Source: Candidatus Cloacimonadota bacterium
GTDB taxonomy: Bacteria; Cloacimonadota; Cloacimonadia; Cloacimonadales; TCS61
Direction: 5' to 3'
DNA length: 60,731 nucleotides
NCBI GenBank assembly: GCA_018645365.1
Contig: JABGOP010000006.1
Span: 1-60,731, forward strand
Shown here: positions 1 to 9,000 of the stretch, piece by piece
How the letters are laid out: every line of letters begins with the position of its first letter
Position numbering within the stretch: position 1 is the first letter of the stretch
Notes under the pieces: generated by a model
What the model was told of the DNA's origin: nothing
What the model saw: only the letters and a program-made list of their open reading frames with translations
The model's database searches: none
Program-made: the position numbers and the translations under genes

Positions 1-2020
1 AGATGGACTTATTGACACTACTACTCTAATTAAATACTTTACTCTTCAAAATGGTGCAGCTACGTTTGATAGTGGTGGGATTGATCTCTGGTTTGCTAGT
101 CCAAGTTTAGAGAATGTGACGATAACTGATAATTTTTCTCATACTCAAGGTGGCGGGATTCTTTGCGATTTTTCCAATCCAAGTTTAGAGAATGTGACGA
201 TAACTAATAATATTTCTCATGCTATTTATGACGGTGGTGGCGGGATTTATTGTTTTAATTCTAGCCCAAGTTTAAAGCATGTAACGATCAGTGGTAATTT
301 TTCTGATGGAGTAGGTGGCGGGATTGCTCTCGAAAATAGTTCTAACCCAAGTTTATTCGATGTAACAATAACTAATAATTCGGCGCGCTTGTATGGTGGC
401 GGGATTGATTGTTCTCATTCCAGTCCAAGTTTAGAGCGTGTAACGATAAGTGGAAATTCGGCTGAGTTATATAGAGGTGGTGGGATGTGTCTCTTTATGG
501 ATTCCAATCCGAGTTTAAAAAATGTGACGATAACGAATAATTCTGCTACTGAGCATGGTGGTGGGATTGATTGTTGGGATAATGATTTTGGCAATGCTGA
601 TCTGAATTTAGAGAATGTGACGATTACGGGCAATTCTGCTGAGTATGGTGGTGGGATTGCTTTTGAGCAGATTTCTAATGCAAGTTTATTAAATGTAACG
701 ATTACAGATAATTCTGCTACTGAAGATGGTGGCGGAATTTATTGCGAGAATGCTGAGCTAAGTTTAGTAAATGTAACAATCACAGATAATCTAGCTACTG
801 AAGATGGTGGCGGCATTTATTGTGAGGATGATTCTAATCTAAATTGTGTTAATTGTATTTCATGGAATAATTTGCCACAAGAGGTATTTTGTGATGAACT
901 TTCTGGGTTAAATTCCATCACGATTGCTTATTCAGATATTCAAGGTGGCGAGGAAGGCATTGTAACAAATGGTAACAGCACGGTTTACTGGGAAGATGGC
1001 AACATAGATGTAGATCCACTCTTTTATGGCGATGGTGGAGATTTTGCCTATTATTCTCTCACGGCAGAGTCTCCTTGTATAGATGCAGGTACCTCAGATT
1101 TACCAGAGGGAGTTGTCTTGCCACAGTTCGACCTTATTGGTAATCCACGGGTAGCAGGCAATAGCATCGATATGGGTTGCTACGAGTATCAAGTGGCAGG
1201 ACTTGCCTATGGCGACATAGATGGTAACAGCGAAGTGCAAGCCTACGATGCTTCCTTAACGCTTCGCAATGTGGTAAATTTGTATGTTTTCAATTTAATG
1301 CAAATCACAGCTGCCGATGTGGATGGTAACGGTGCGGTACAAGCATTAGATGCATCCCTCATCTTGATGTATTCTCTCGGCATTATTGATGAGTTCCCTG
1401 TGGAAGGTGGCAGAGAATATCTTATCCCCACTGCAGAAATTAAGATTGAGCAATGTGATGATGAACTTGTCTTTACTGCTATCGGAGAATTGTATAGCGG
1501 TGAGATAGAATTTAGCACTCAAGAAATTAAGGTAGAATCTCCCTTTTTCTCGGAGGATATTTTGAGCATTACCAATACAGTAGCCCATAAATTTAAACTA
1601 TCCTTTTGCAGTGCAACTGCCATAATAGATAAAGAGATTTTCCGACTTCCCATCGACTCAAGCATCGATGAACTTGTGGTAAATGGCTCAACTAATGGTA
1701 AACTCTTTAATCAATTGGTTCCGTTAAAGCCAACCCAAAACAACGATACGGAAGAACCAATTACCAAATTACTCGGTAACTATCCCAATCCATTCACAGG
1801 TGAAACCACGATTTCTTTTTCTTTAACCACGAATTTACACGAAAAAGCACGAATTGAAATCTTTAACATCAGAGGACAGAGAGTGGATGAGATAGCCATC
1901 GGCAAAGAACAAACATCAGTTAATTGGCAAAGAACAAATCAAGCCAATGGTGTTTATTTCTACAAACTTGTGGTAGATGACAAAGCAGTTGATACAAAGA
2001 AGATGATCTTGTTGAAGTAA
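1..2020 (+). CDS. Secreted right-handed parallel beta-helix repeat protein with choice-of-anchor-Q-like region, type I dockerin and T9SS-type-A/FlgD-like C-terminal domain (5' truncated)
   Basis: Frame is open from nt 2 (DGLIDTT...). About 10 repeats of SPSLxNVTITxN...GGGI; 'DPLF...LTAESPCIDAG...DLIGNPR...IDMGCYE'; paired GDxDGN Ca-loops (YGDIDGNSEVQAYDA / ADVDGNGAVQALDA); C-terminal 'GNYPNPF...IFNIRGQ...GVYFYKL...KKMILLK'. Confidence 0.85.
   Translation, partial: DGLIDTTTLIKYFTLQNGAATFDSGGIDLWFASPSLENVTITDNFSHTQGGGILCDFSNPSLENVTITNNISHAIYDGGGGIYCFNSSPSLKHVTISGNFSDGVGGGIALENSSNPSLFDVTITNNSARLYGGGIDCSHSSPSLERVTISGNSAELYRGGGMCLFMDSNPSLKNVTITNNSATEHGGGIDCWDNDFGNADLNLENVTITGNSAEYGGGIAFEQISNASLLNVTITDNSATEDGGGIYCENAELSLVNVTITDNLATEDGGGIYCEDDSNLNCVNCISWNNLPQEVFCDELSGLNSITIAYSDIQGGEEGIVTNGNSTVYWEDGNIDVDPLFYGDGGDFAYYSLTAESPCIDAGTSDLPEGVVLPQFDLIGNPRVAGNSIDMGCYEYQVAGLAYGDIDGNSEVQAYDASLTLRNVVNLYVFNLMQITAADVDGNGAVQALDASLILMYSLGIIDEFPVEGGREYLIPTAEIKIEQCDDELVFTAIGELYSGEIEFSTQEIKVESPFFSEDILSITNTVAHKFKLSFCSATAIIDKEIFRLPIDSSIDELVVNGSTNGKLFNQLVPLKPTQNNDTEEPITKLLGNYPNPFTGETTISFSLTTNLHEKARIEIFNIRGQRVDEIAIGKEQTSVNWQRTNQANGVYFYKLVVDDKAVDTKKMILLK
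98..870 (+). repeat. Intragenic degenerate tandem repeat, unit about 78-93 bp (beta-helix coils)
   Basis: Recurring ccaagtttaNaNaatgtNacgataac...ggtggcgggatt; the units at about 682 and 760 are near-identical at DNA level, 78 bp apart. Confidence 0.85.
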
Positions 2021-2032
2021 GAAAGTAAGATG

Positions 2033-2180
2033 AGTTAGCCTGACCACTTTTTGTGGTTAGGCAACTTTTCTTTACTTTGAAATAGTAAAACTTAGCTCTC
2101 CCGAGTAATTGGGAGGGCAACTTTTCTTTTTGTGAAGGGAAAGGAGTTTTGCTCCCTATTTTTTAGGAGTAACTTTTCTT
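2033..2180 (+). terminator. Three tandem intrinsic-terminator-like hairpins, each followed by AACTTTTCTT
   Basis: Stems 2038-2062, 2095-2118 and 2149-2172; identical 10-nt tail at 2063, 2119 and 2171. Confidence 0.7.
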
Positions 2181-2227
2181 ATAAATAAATATCTTTACAA
2201 AAAATCAGCCGTAAAATCTTCTGCCAA

Positions 2228-2320
2228 TAGGCAAGGGGAGGTCGCCAAACGATCTGAGAAAGAGATGTTGTCTCTGACCCTTCGAACCTGATTTAGTTAA
2301 TGCTAACGAAGGGATTGTGA
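2228..2320 (+). ncRNA. TPP (THI-box) riboswitch aptamer
   Basis: GGGG...CTGAGA...GACCCTTCGAACCTGAT.TAG.TAATGCTA.CGAAGGGA core, directly upstream of thiS. Confidence 0.95.
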
Positions 2321-2327
2321 TAATCTT

Positions 2328-2354
2328 GAGAGACAATCCTGTCTCTCTTTTTTT
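2328..2354 (+). terminator. Riboswitch expression-platform intrinsic terminator
   Basis: GAGAGACA-atcc-TGTCTCTC followed by T7, between the aptamer and the thiS RBS. Confidence 0.9.
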
Positions 2355-2366
2355 ATTGAGGTAAAG

Positions 2367-2561
2367 ATGGTTGTAAATGGCAAAAAATTGCATTTTGAAA
2401 CACAAATTTCAGTGGTGGAATTATTGGTTCATTTGAATTTGAATGACACTCGCATTGTTGTCGAGCTGAATAAGAAAATTTTACCGAAAACTCAATTTAC
2501 AAACACCATTTTGACTGATAGTGATGAGATAGAAATTGTTGGTTTTGTGGGAGGTGGATAG
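2367..2561 (+). CDS. thiS: Sulfur carrier protein ThiS
   Basis: 64 aa ubiquitin-like protein ending in FVGGG; first gene after the TPP riboswitch. Confidence 0.95.
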   Translation: MVVNGKKLHFETQISVVELLVHLNLNDTRIVVELNKKILPKTQFTNTILTDSDEIEIVGFVGGG

Positions 2562-3364
2562 TGCAAGTTTTTGTGAACGAAAAAATTTTTAAATATGCTG
2601 AAATTTCGCTCTTTGAATTGCATGGAATTCACAAAAAAGATGCTGATGTTATCATATTAAATGGTTTCCCCACCAACGAAAATGCTATGCTTAAAGATGG
2701 TGATAAAGTAACGCTCATCAAACGAGGTGAAGTGCTTTCTGAAGATGAGTTAGAGAATTTAATGATGGCACGCCATACCCCGCAAATTCATGAAAAATTA
2801 AAGCAAGCAACCGTTGCCATTGCAGGCTTGGGCGGACTTGGTTCGAATGTTGCTATTTCACTCGCTCGTATTGGCGTGGGTAAATTGATTTTGATTGATT
2901 TTGATGTTGTGGAACCAAGTAACTTGAATCGTCAGCAATACTATGTTTCGCAAATTGGAATGCGCAAAACGGAAGCACTCAAATTAAATTTGATGCAGAT
3001 AAATCCCTTCATCACATACGAAACACACAATGTTTACGTTACCGAAAATAATGTGGAAAATTTGTTCAATTCTGCCGATATTATCGTGGAAGCATTTGAT
3101 GTTGCCGAGAATAAAGCGATGCTCATAAATAACGTTCTTTCTCATTTTCCAGCCAAGAAAATCATTGCTGCTTCTGGAATGGCTGGAAGTTTTTCGAGTA
3201 ATTTGATTCAAACAAAAAGGCCGTTTGAAAACTTATATCTTGTTGGTGATGAGGTGAATGAGGCGACTTTCAATTGCGGTTTGATGGCTCCACGCGTGGC
3301 GATTGCGGCAAATCATCAGGCGAATATGGTTTTGCGTTTGATAATCGGTGATGATGAAGTATAA
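2561..3364 (+). CDS. thiF: ThiS adenylyltransferase ThiF with N-terminal ThiS-like domain
   Basis: GLGGLGS and DFDVVEPSNLNRQ E1-like motifs; clostridial-type N-terminal extension. Confidence 0.92.
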   Translation: MQVFVNEKIFKYAEISLFELHGIHKKDADVIILNGFPTNENAMLKDGDKVTLIKRGEVLSEDELENLMMARHTPQIHEKLKQATVAIAGLGGLGSNVAISLARIGVGKLILIDFDVVEPSNLNRQQYYVSQIGMRKTEALKLNLMQINPFITYETHNVYVTENNVENLFNSADIIVEAFDVAENKAMLINNVLSHFPAKKIIAASGMAGSFSSNLIQTKRPFENLYLVGDEVNEATFNCGLMAPRVAIAANHQANMVLRLIIGDDEV

Positions 3365-3407
3365 AAAATATTCGTTTTGTTATTTATGAAAATAATTGGA
3401 GAAAAAT

Positions 3408-4175
3408 ATGTCAGATTTTATTTTAGGCGGTAAAAAATTCAAAAGCAGATTGTTGATTGGTACTGGTAAATTTCCGCAGAAAGAGACGATTACAAAAGCG
3501 ATAAAATCGTCAGAATCAGGAATCATTACGCTTGCTTTACGGCGGGTAGATTTACAGTCAGTCGAAGAAAATATTTTAAGCTACATTCCAGACGACATGA
3601 CGCTTTTACCGAATACATCGGGTGCTAGAAATGCAACAGAGGCAATTAGAATTGCACATTTATCGGAAGCGATGGGTTGCGGGAATTGGATTAAAATTGA
3701 AGTGATTTCTGACCAAAAATATTTGTTGCCAGACAATGAAGAAACGCTGAAAGCAACGAGAATTTTGGTAAAAGAAGGTTTTGTTGTATTGCCGTATATT
3801 TCGCCAGATTTGATGACCGCTAAGAAATTAGTAGATGCTGGTGCCGCCGCAGTGATGCCACTTGGCTCGCCGATTGGTTCGAATCGTGGCATTAGAACGA
3901 AAGAACTTTCCCAAATAATTATTAATGAAATCGACATTCCTGTCATCATTGATGCGGGAATTGGTGCCCCTTCTGATGCTGCCATGGTAATGGAAATGGG
4001 AGCTGACGCCGTTTTGGTGAATACTGCCATTGCGAGTGCCGAGAATCCTGATAAAATGGCAGAAGCATTTAAGTTAGCTGTCCAAGCTGGACGCATTGCG
4101 TTTATCTCAAAATTGGGTGCAAAAAGTAAATTTGCTAATCCATCATCACCCTTAACAGGCTTTTTAAATAGTTAG
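3408..4175 (+). CDS. thiG: Thiazole synthase ThiG
   Basis: [37 protein letters not shown] motifs; ATG after a GGAG RBS. Confidence 0.96.
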   Translation: MSDFILGGKKFKSRLLIGTGKFPQKETITKAIKSSESGIITLALRRVDLQSVEENILSYIPDDMTLLPNTSGARNATEAIRIAHLSEAMGCGNWIKIEVISDQKYLLPDNEETLKATRILVKEGFVVLPYISPDLMTAKKLVDAGAAAVMPLGSPIGSNRGIRTKELSQIIINEIDIPVIIDAGIGAPSDAAMVMEMGADAVLVNTAIASAENPDKMAEAFKLAVQAGRIAFISKLGAKSKFANPSSPLTGFLNS

Positions 4176-4178
4176 AAG

Positions 4179-5276
4179 ATGAATACTTACGGATATTTGC
4201 AACAATTTTCGAATTTAGATTTTACAGAAATATTTAGTTCAACAACCGATGCTGATATTTTGAAAATTATCGCTAAAAAAGAATTAAATTACCATGATTT
4301 TCTTCAATTACTTTCACCAAAAGCCGAAGATTTTTTGGAAGAAATGGCACAAAAAGCAAAATTAAATTCACTAAAATATTTTGGTAAAGCGATTTTGCTT
4401 TATTCACCATTATACATCGCCGATTTTTGCGAAAATCAGTGTCAATACTGTGGTTACAGCGTGATGAATAAATTCCAACGCCACAAATTAAATTTTGAGC
4501 AAATTGAAACGGAAGCAAGGGCAATCCATCAAACTGGTATTCGGCACATCGTGCTTTTGACGGGTGATAGTCGTCAAACTACCCCCATTTCTTACATCAA
4601 AAAAGCGGTGCAAATTCTGAAAAATTACTTTGATTCCATCACCATCGAAATCTATGCACTCACCAAAATAGAATATGCCGAATTAATTGCTGCTGGAGTT
4701 GATGGTTTGACGATTTATCAGGAAGTTTACGATGAGAAAATTTACGATGGAGTGCATCTTCGTGGTCCCAAAAAAGATTATAAATTCAGAATGGAAGCAC
4801 CTTTTCGCGGTGCGGAAGCTGGTATGCACAGCCTCAATATTGGAGCACTTTTGGGTTTGAACGATTGGCGAAAAGAGTTGTTCCTAACTGGGCAACATTT
4901 ACGATTTTTGTTCAGGAAATTTCCTGCAGTGGAATACAAAATAAGTTTCCCACGCTTGCGTCCTTATCATGGTTCAAAAGTGAAAACTATCGAAATTTCA
5001 GACAAAAATTTAGTGCAAGGCATTTTGGCGATGCGATTGTATTTTCCGCAAATTGGCATCAATATTTCGACGCGTGAAAGTGAACATTTTCGTGACAATG
5101 TGATGCCACTCGGAGTAACGCAGATTTCTGCTGGTGTGAAAACTTCGGTAGGCGGATATTCGCTCAAAGAAAATGAAGAAAATCAGTTTGAAATTGCGGA
5201 TAATCGTACCGTTGCAGAGATGAAAAAGGCTATTTCTAATGCTGGTTTTCAACCGATTTTCAAAAACTGGTTTTGA
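4179..5276 (+). CDS. thiH: 2-iminoacetate synthase ThiH (radical SAM tyrosine lyase)
   Basis: CENQCQYC, YQEVY, GALLGL, SFPRLRP, STRE motifs; follows thiG. Confidence 0.95.
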   Translation: MNTYGYLQQFSNLDFTEIFSSTTDADILKIIAKKELNYHDFLQLLSPKAEDFLEEMAQKAKLNSLKYFGKAILLYSPLYIADFCENQCQYCGYSVMNKFQRHKLNFEQIETEARAIHQTGIRHIVLLTGDSRQTTPISYIKKAVQILKNYFDSITIEIYALTKIEYAELIAAGVDGLTIYQEVYDEKIYDGVHLRGPKKDYKFRMEAPFRGAEAGMHSLNIGALLGLNDWRKELFLTGQHLRFLFRKFPAVEYKISFPRLRPYHGSKVKTIEISDKNLVQGILAMRLYFPQIGINISTRESEHFRDNVMPLGVTQISAGVKTSVGGYSLKENEENQFEIADNRTVAEMKKAISNAGFQPIFKNWF

Positions 5277-5294
5277 TATTTTAAAAGGAAAAAC

Positions 5295-5325
5295 AAAAAA
5301 GAGCACCTAATAAGGTGCTCTTTTT
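5295..5325. terminator. Bidirectional intrinsic terminator between thiH and the tRNA cluster
   Basis: A6-GAGCACCT-aata-AGGTGCTC-T5. Confidence 0.9.
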
Positions 5326-5328
5326 ATA

Positions 5329-5415
5329 TGGTACCAGAGGCCGGACTTGAACCGGCACAACCCGAAGATCGAGGGATTTTAAGTCCCTTGTGTCTACCAA
5401 TTCCACCACTCCGGC
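5329..5415 (-). tRNA. tRNA-Leu(TAA)
   Basis: Reverse complement GCCGGAGTGGTGGAATTGGTAGACAC-AAGGGACTTAAAATCCCT...GGTTCAAGTCC...GGTACCA; long variable arm; CCA encoded. Confidence 0.97.
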
Positions 5416-5432
5416 AAATCTTTGTGAAAAAT

Positions 5433-5506
5433 TGGAGGCGACACCCAGATTCGAACTGGGGATAATGATTTTGCAGACCATTGCCTTACCACTTGGCGAT
5501 GTCGCC
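5433..5506 (-). tRNA. tRNA-Cys(GCA)
   Basis: Reverse complement GGCGACATCGCCAAGTGGTAAGGCAATGGTCTGCAAAATCAT...GTTCGAATC...GTCGCCTCCA. Confidence 0.97.
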
Positions 5507-5515
5507 CTACAAAAA

Positions 5516-5590
<75 letters not shown>

Positions 5591-5599
5591 TCACTTGCG

Positions 5600-5700
5600 A
5601 AGTGTAAATTCAAAAATAGTGTTTTATTTGTCAAATTATTTTTTCAAAAATGAAATTATTGACAATAATCTGTTGGTGAAAATAAGCAACATATACATTA
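5600..5700. promoter_or_regulatory. Divergent promoter region (tRNA cluster / pdxA operon)
   Basis: Back-to-back TTGACA hexamers at 5629-5634 (-) and 5659-5664 (+). Confidence 0.55.
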
Positions 5701-5713
5701 TGGAGGCTCGTGT

Positions 5714-7408
5714 TTGAATATGAATATAATAGCGATTACGACAGGTGATCCGGCTGGAATTGGACCGGAAATTACCACAAAAATGATTCGGTTTTTACCC
5801 CTAAATGATGAAAATATTTATGTGGTTTACGGTAAATTATTTCCATTTGCAGACGGGAATAATGTTATTGAAATTTTGAAAATTTCGGAAGCAATTTCTC
5901 CCCATAATATTTATTGGATTAAAATAGACGAAGATATTGAAATTGGAAAACCGACTAAAAAATCAGGTAAAATATCACACAAAATTCTGCAAAAATGTAG
6001 CGAAGATTTAATGGCAAAAAAAATCGATGCCGTTGTGACTTGTCCAATTTCAAAAGAGGCAATACAAGAGACTTATCCAGATTTTGTCGGGCATACCGAG
6101 TTTTTTGCGCAAATTTCAAAAAGTGAAAAGGTGATAATGTCATTTTGGGGACCACACTTCAACCTAGCCCTTCTTACTACTCATTTACCAATTTCTCAAA
6201 TATCTGCAAATATGCAAAATATCGAAGCTAAATTGCGACTAATTTATGTGGAGAGTCATAAAATTTTGTCAAACCCAAAAATTGCGATATTGGGCATTAA
6301 TCCACACGCTGGCGAAAATGGAAAATTTGGCAAAGATGATGTTCAAATGGAACAAGTTTTGGCTAAATTGAAGAAAGAAAATATTGCAATTGACGGTCCA
6401 TTTCCCGCTGACACATTTTTTGCGACAAAACAGTATGATGTCGTGATTTCTGCGTATCATGATCAAGGTTTAATTCCTTTCAAAATGATTTCTCACGAAA
6501 GCGGTGTGAATGTTACTTTGGGGCTTCCTTTCGTGCGAACTTCGGTTGATCACGGTACCGCTTTTGATATTGCGGGAAAAGGAGTTGCGTCAGAAAAAAG
6601 TTTAGTGAAAGCAATTAAATTTGCTCAATTTTTGCTAAGTTCAAAAAAACAAATAGGTGCCGAAAATTATTCTTTTTTGGCTGAATATTATGATGAATAT
6701 ATGAGCGAAGTTCCTTATGATGAGTGGGCGGAATTTGTTGTGCAAAAATACATTGAATTGCGTGGGCAAAATCCCCAAAATGTTTTAGAATTAGCGTGTG
6801 GAACTGCCGAAATCTCCACTCGTTTAGTGCGAAAAGGTTTGGCAGTTGATGCGGTTGATTCATCGCGTGAAATGCTGAATATAGCTGCTCAAAAAACTGA
6901 TTGCCCAAAACTATATAATCACAAAATAACTGAAAAATTTACAAAAAAAGGATATGATTTAGCGCTGCTAATTTTTGATAGTTTTAACTATCTCACACAA
7001 AAAACAGAAGTGCAAAAAATGCTCGAGAATGTACACGAAATGCTTCATCCTAATGGGCTTTTCATCTTTGATATTTCAACTGTCCAAAATTGTCGCGAAA
7101 ACATTGATGGTTTCATTAATATTTTTGACAAAAAAGATGTCTATTTTGTGCACGAAAGTGATTTTTTGGAAGATGAAAAAATTCAAGAGACACATTTTAC
7201 TTTTTTTAGAAAAAAGGGTTATCAATTTACAAAAAAAGTAGAACTACACCGTCAAAAAATTTACGATGTTTCGGAAATTTTGGAAATGACGCAGAAATTT
7301 AAAATTAAAGGAATTTACAGCGTTGGGAAACCCGAGAATTTAATAGAAAAATCATCTCAATATCTCGACGAAAATTTCGGTAGATTGTTCTTTGTTTTGG
7401 AAAAATAA
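5714..7408 (+). CDS. pdxA: PdxA-family 4-hydroxythreonine-4-phosphate dehydrogenase fused to a class I SAM-dependent methyltransferase
   Basis: N-half: GDPAGIGPE, GHTEF, NPHAGE, YHDQGLIP, RTSVDHGTAFDIAG. C-half: YYD, VLELACGT, DSFNY, GLFIFD. Confidence 0.88.
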   Translation: MNMNIIAITTGDPAGIGPEITTKMIRFLPLNDENIYVVYGKLFPFADGNNVIEILKISEAISPHNIYWIKIDEDIEIGKPTKKSGKISHKILQKCSEDLMAKKIDAVVTCPISKEAIQETYPDFVGHTEFFAQISKSEKVIMSFWGPHFNLALLTTHLPISQISANMQNIEAKLRLIYVESHKILSNPKIAILGINPHAGENGKFGKDDVQMEQVLAKLKKENIAIDGPFPADTFFATKQYDVVISAYHDQGLIPFKMISHESGVNVTLGLPFVRTSVDHGTAFDIAGKGVASEKSLVKAIKFAQFLLSSKKQIGAENYSFLAEYYDEYMSEVPYDEWAEFVVQKYIELRGQNPQNVLELACGTAEISTRLVRKGLAVDAVDSSREMLNIAAQKTDCPKLYNHKITEKFTKKGYDLALLIFDSFNYLTQKTEVQKMLENVHEMLHPNGLFIFDISTVQNCRENIDGFINIFDKKDVYFVHESDFLEDEKIQETHFTFFRKKGYQFTKKVELHRQKIYDVSEILEMTQKFKIKGIYSVGKPENLIEKSSQYLDENFGRLFFVLEK

Positions 7409-8016
7409 TGTTGCATCAAAATGAAGAAAAGTACCGAGAAGAACACGGTGTTATCGTTGGAGTTGATGAAGCTGGACGCGGTCCTCTTGCTGGTCCAGTA
7501 GTAATTGCGGCGGTTATTCTGAATTCAGAAAACAGAATTAAAAAACTAAATGACTCCAAAAAAGTATCTGAAAAATTACGCGAATTACTGTATCAAGAAA
7601 TTGTTAGAAAAGCATTATTTTGGAATGTGCAAATTGTTTCACCGTCAAAAATTGACGAGATAAATATTTTGCAGGCTACTCTTTTGGGGATGGAGAATGC
7701 TGTCTTAAATTTGGAAGAAAAGCCAGATTTTTGTTTAATTGATGGTAATCAAATTCCCCAAAAATTGAGAGGATTTTCGGAAGCAATTGTAAAAGGTGAT
7801 GGTAAAATTGCGTCGATTGCAGCAGCCTCCATTTTGGCGAAAGTAACCCGCGATCGCATCATGCAAAAATATCACGAGATTTATCCAAATTACAATTTCG
7901 CAAAAAATAAAGGTTACCCCACAAAAGAGCATATTTTAGCAATTCAGAAATATGGGATAACACCAATTCACAGAAAAAGTTACAAACCCATTTCTCAGCT
8001 ATTTCTAACTTTTTAG
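7408..8016 (+). CDS. rnhB: Ribonuclease HII
   Basis: GVDEAGRGPLAGPV, DSKK, SIAAASILAKVTRD, KGYPT. Confidence 0.96.
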   Translation: MLHQNEEKYREEHGVIVGVDEAGRGPLAGPVVIAAVILNSENRIKKLNDSKKVSEKLRELLYQEIVRKALFWNVQIVSPSKIDEINILQATLLGMENAVLNLEEKPDFCLIDGNQIPQKLRGFSEAIVKGDGKIASIAAASILAKVTRDRIMQKYHEIYPNYNFAKNKGYPTKEHILAIQKYGITPIHRKSYKPISQLFLTF

Positions 8017-8882
8017 AATTTGTTGTTTTTGTCTGAAATTGAGGTAAGATAGGCTCCAGATATTATCAAAATGGAAGCCAAAATTATATTTTCGGAAAAC
8101 GATTCATTCAAAAAAAAATGACTAAAAATTATACTCAAAATAGGAATGATTAAAATGAAATTAGATGTAATTTTGACGCCAATTTTTTTGGTGGCAATAT
8201 TCCAAAAAAGATAGGCTAGAAATGAACAAAAAACCGCCAAAAAAACAAGGTGAACGATGGAAATTAAATTAAGTTTTATTATGAAAAATGATTTGTACTC
8301 AAACAAAATAATTGGAATGAGGAAGATAACACCGTAAAAAATTATTTTAGCGGTGATGAAAAGCGTGTCGTATTTTTCCATAACTTTTTTGAAAGCAAAC
8401 GAATAAATAACCCATAGAAATGATGCACCAAACGCCAATAAATCACCTTTTAGGTGGACTCCATTCGTTAAGATGTCTTGCCTGAAAAGTAAAAAAGTGC
8501 CAAATAGGCCGAGTGGAATCCCGATAAAATTTTGCCAACACAACTTTTTTTTAAAAATAAAATGAGCAGTTAAAAGCATAAAAAGTGGAACGGTGGCGAT
8601 TGCCAAAGTGGTGTTGGCAATTGTGGTGTATTTTACTGCGGAATTTTCAAAAAAATAGAACATAGAAACGCCACTAATTGCCATGATTATGAAATATTTT
8701 TTATCTTTTTTTTCAATTTGTTGTTTCCGTTTTTGGAAAAAATGGAAAAGAATAGCGGCAATTGCAAAACGCAAGAATGTAATGATATTTGGTGAAAAAT
8801 CGTTGTTCAAAAGTATGCGAGTTGAGATAAACGAAATTCCCCAAAAGATGATTGCTGCAAAGATAAAAAAATAATGTTTCAA
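8013..8882 (-). CDS. DMT/EamA family transporter
   Basis: 289 aa, about 10 TM segments in two repeats (IFWG.SF; LRF; GDLLA). Confidence 0.88.
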   Translation of the reverse strand: MKHYFFIFAAIIFWGISFISTRILLNNDFSPNIITFLRFAIAAILFHFFQKRKQQIEKKDKKYFIIMAISGVSMFYFFENSAVKYTTIANTTLAIATVPLFMLLTAHFIFKKKLCWQNFIGIPLGLFGTFLLFRQDILTNGVHLKGDLLAFGASFLWVIYSFAFKKVMEKYDTLFITAKIIFYGVIFLIPIILFEYKSFFIIKLNLISIVHLVFLAVFCSFLAYLFWNIATKKIGVKITSNFILIIPILSIIFSHFFLNESFSENIILASILIISGAYLTSISDKNNKF

Positions 8883-9000
8883 TTTTTCTCCATGTTATTG
8901 AATTTATTTTAAAAAAACAAAACACGAAAATTCACATTTTTAGGCAAGAAAAATATTGACAAAATTTTATGATAATATCCATGGGAATTGGAGGTGTTAA

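Noticed and set aside
2033-2180. Hairpin array as integron attC sites or a mini-CRISPR
   Set aside because: The order is GTT...AAC rather than RYYYAAC...GTTRRRY, there are no cassette ORFs between units, the constant part is only 10 nt, and no intI or cas gene is present.
2205-2405. 66-aa minus-strand ORF
   Set aside because: It is antisense to the TPP riboswitch and thiS, with no protein features.
2561-3364. ThiS-like domain fused to ThiF as a novelty
   Set aside because: This architecture is already known from clostridial-type ThiF proteins.
1-5330. Genomic island integrated at the tRNA-Leu 3' end
   Set aside because: I saw no integrase and no duplicated tRNA 3' end in the window.
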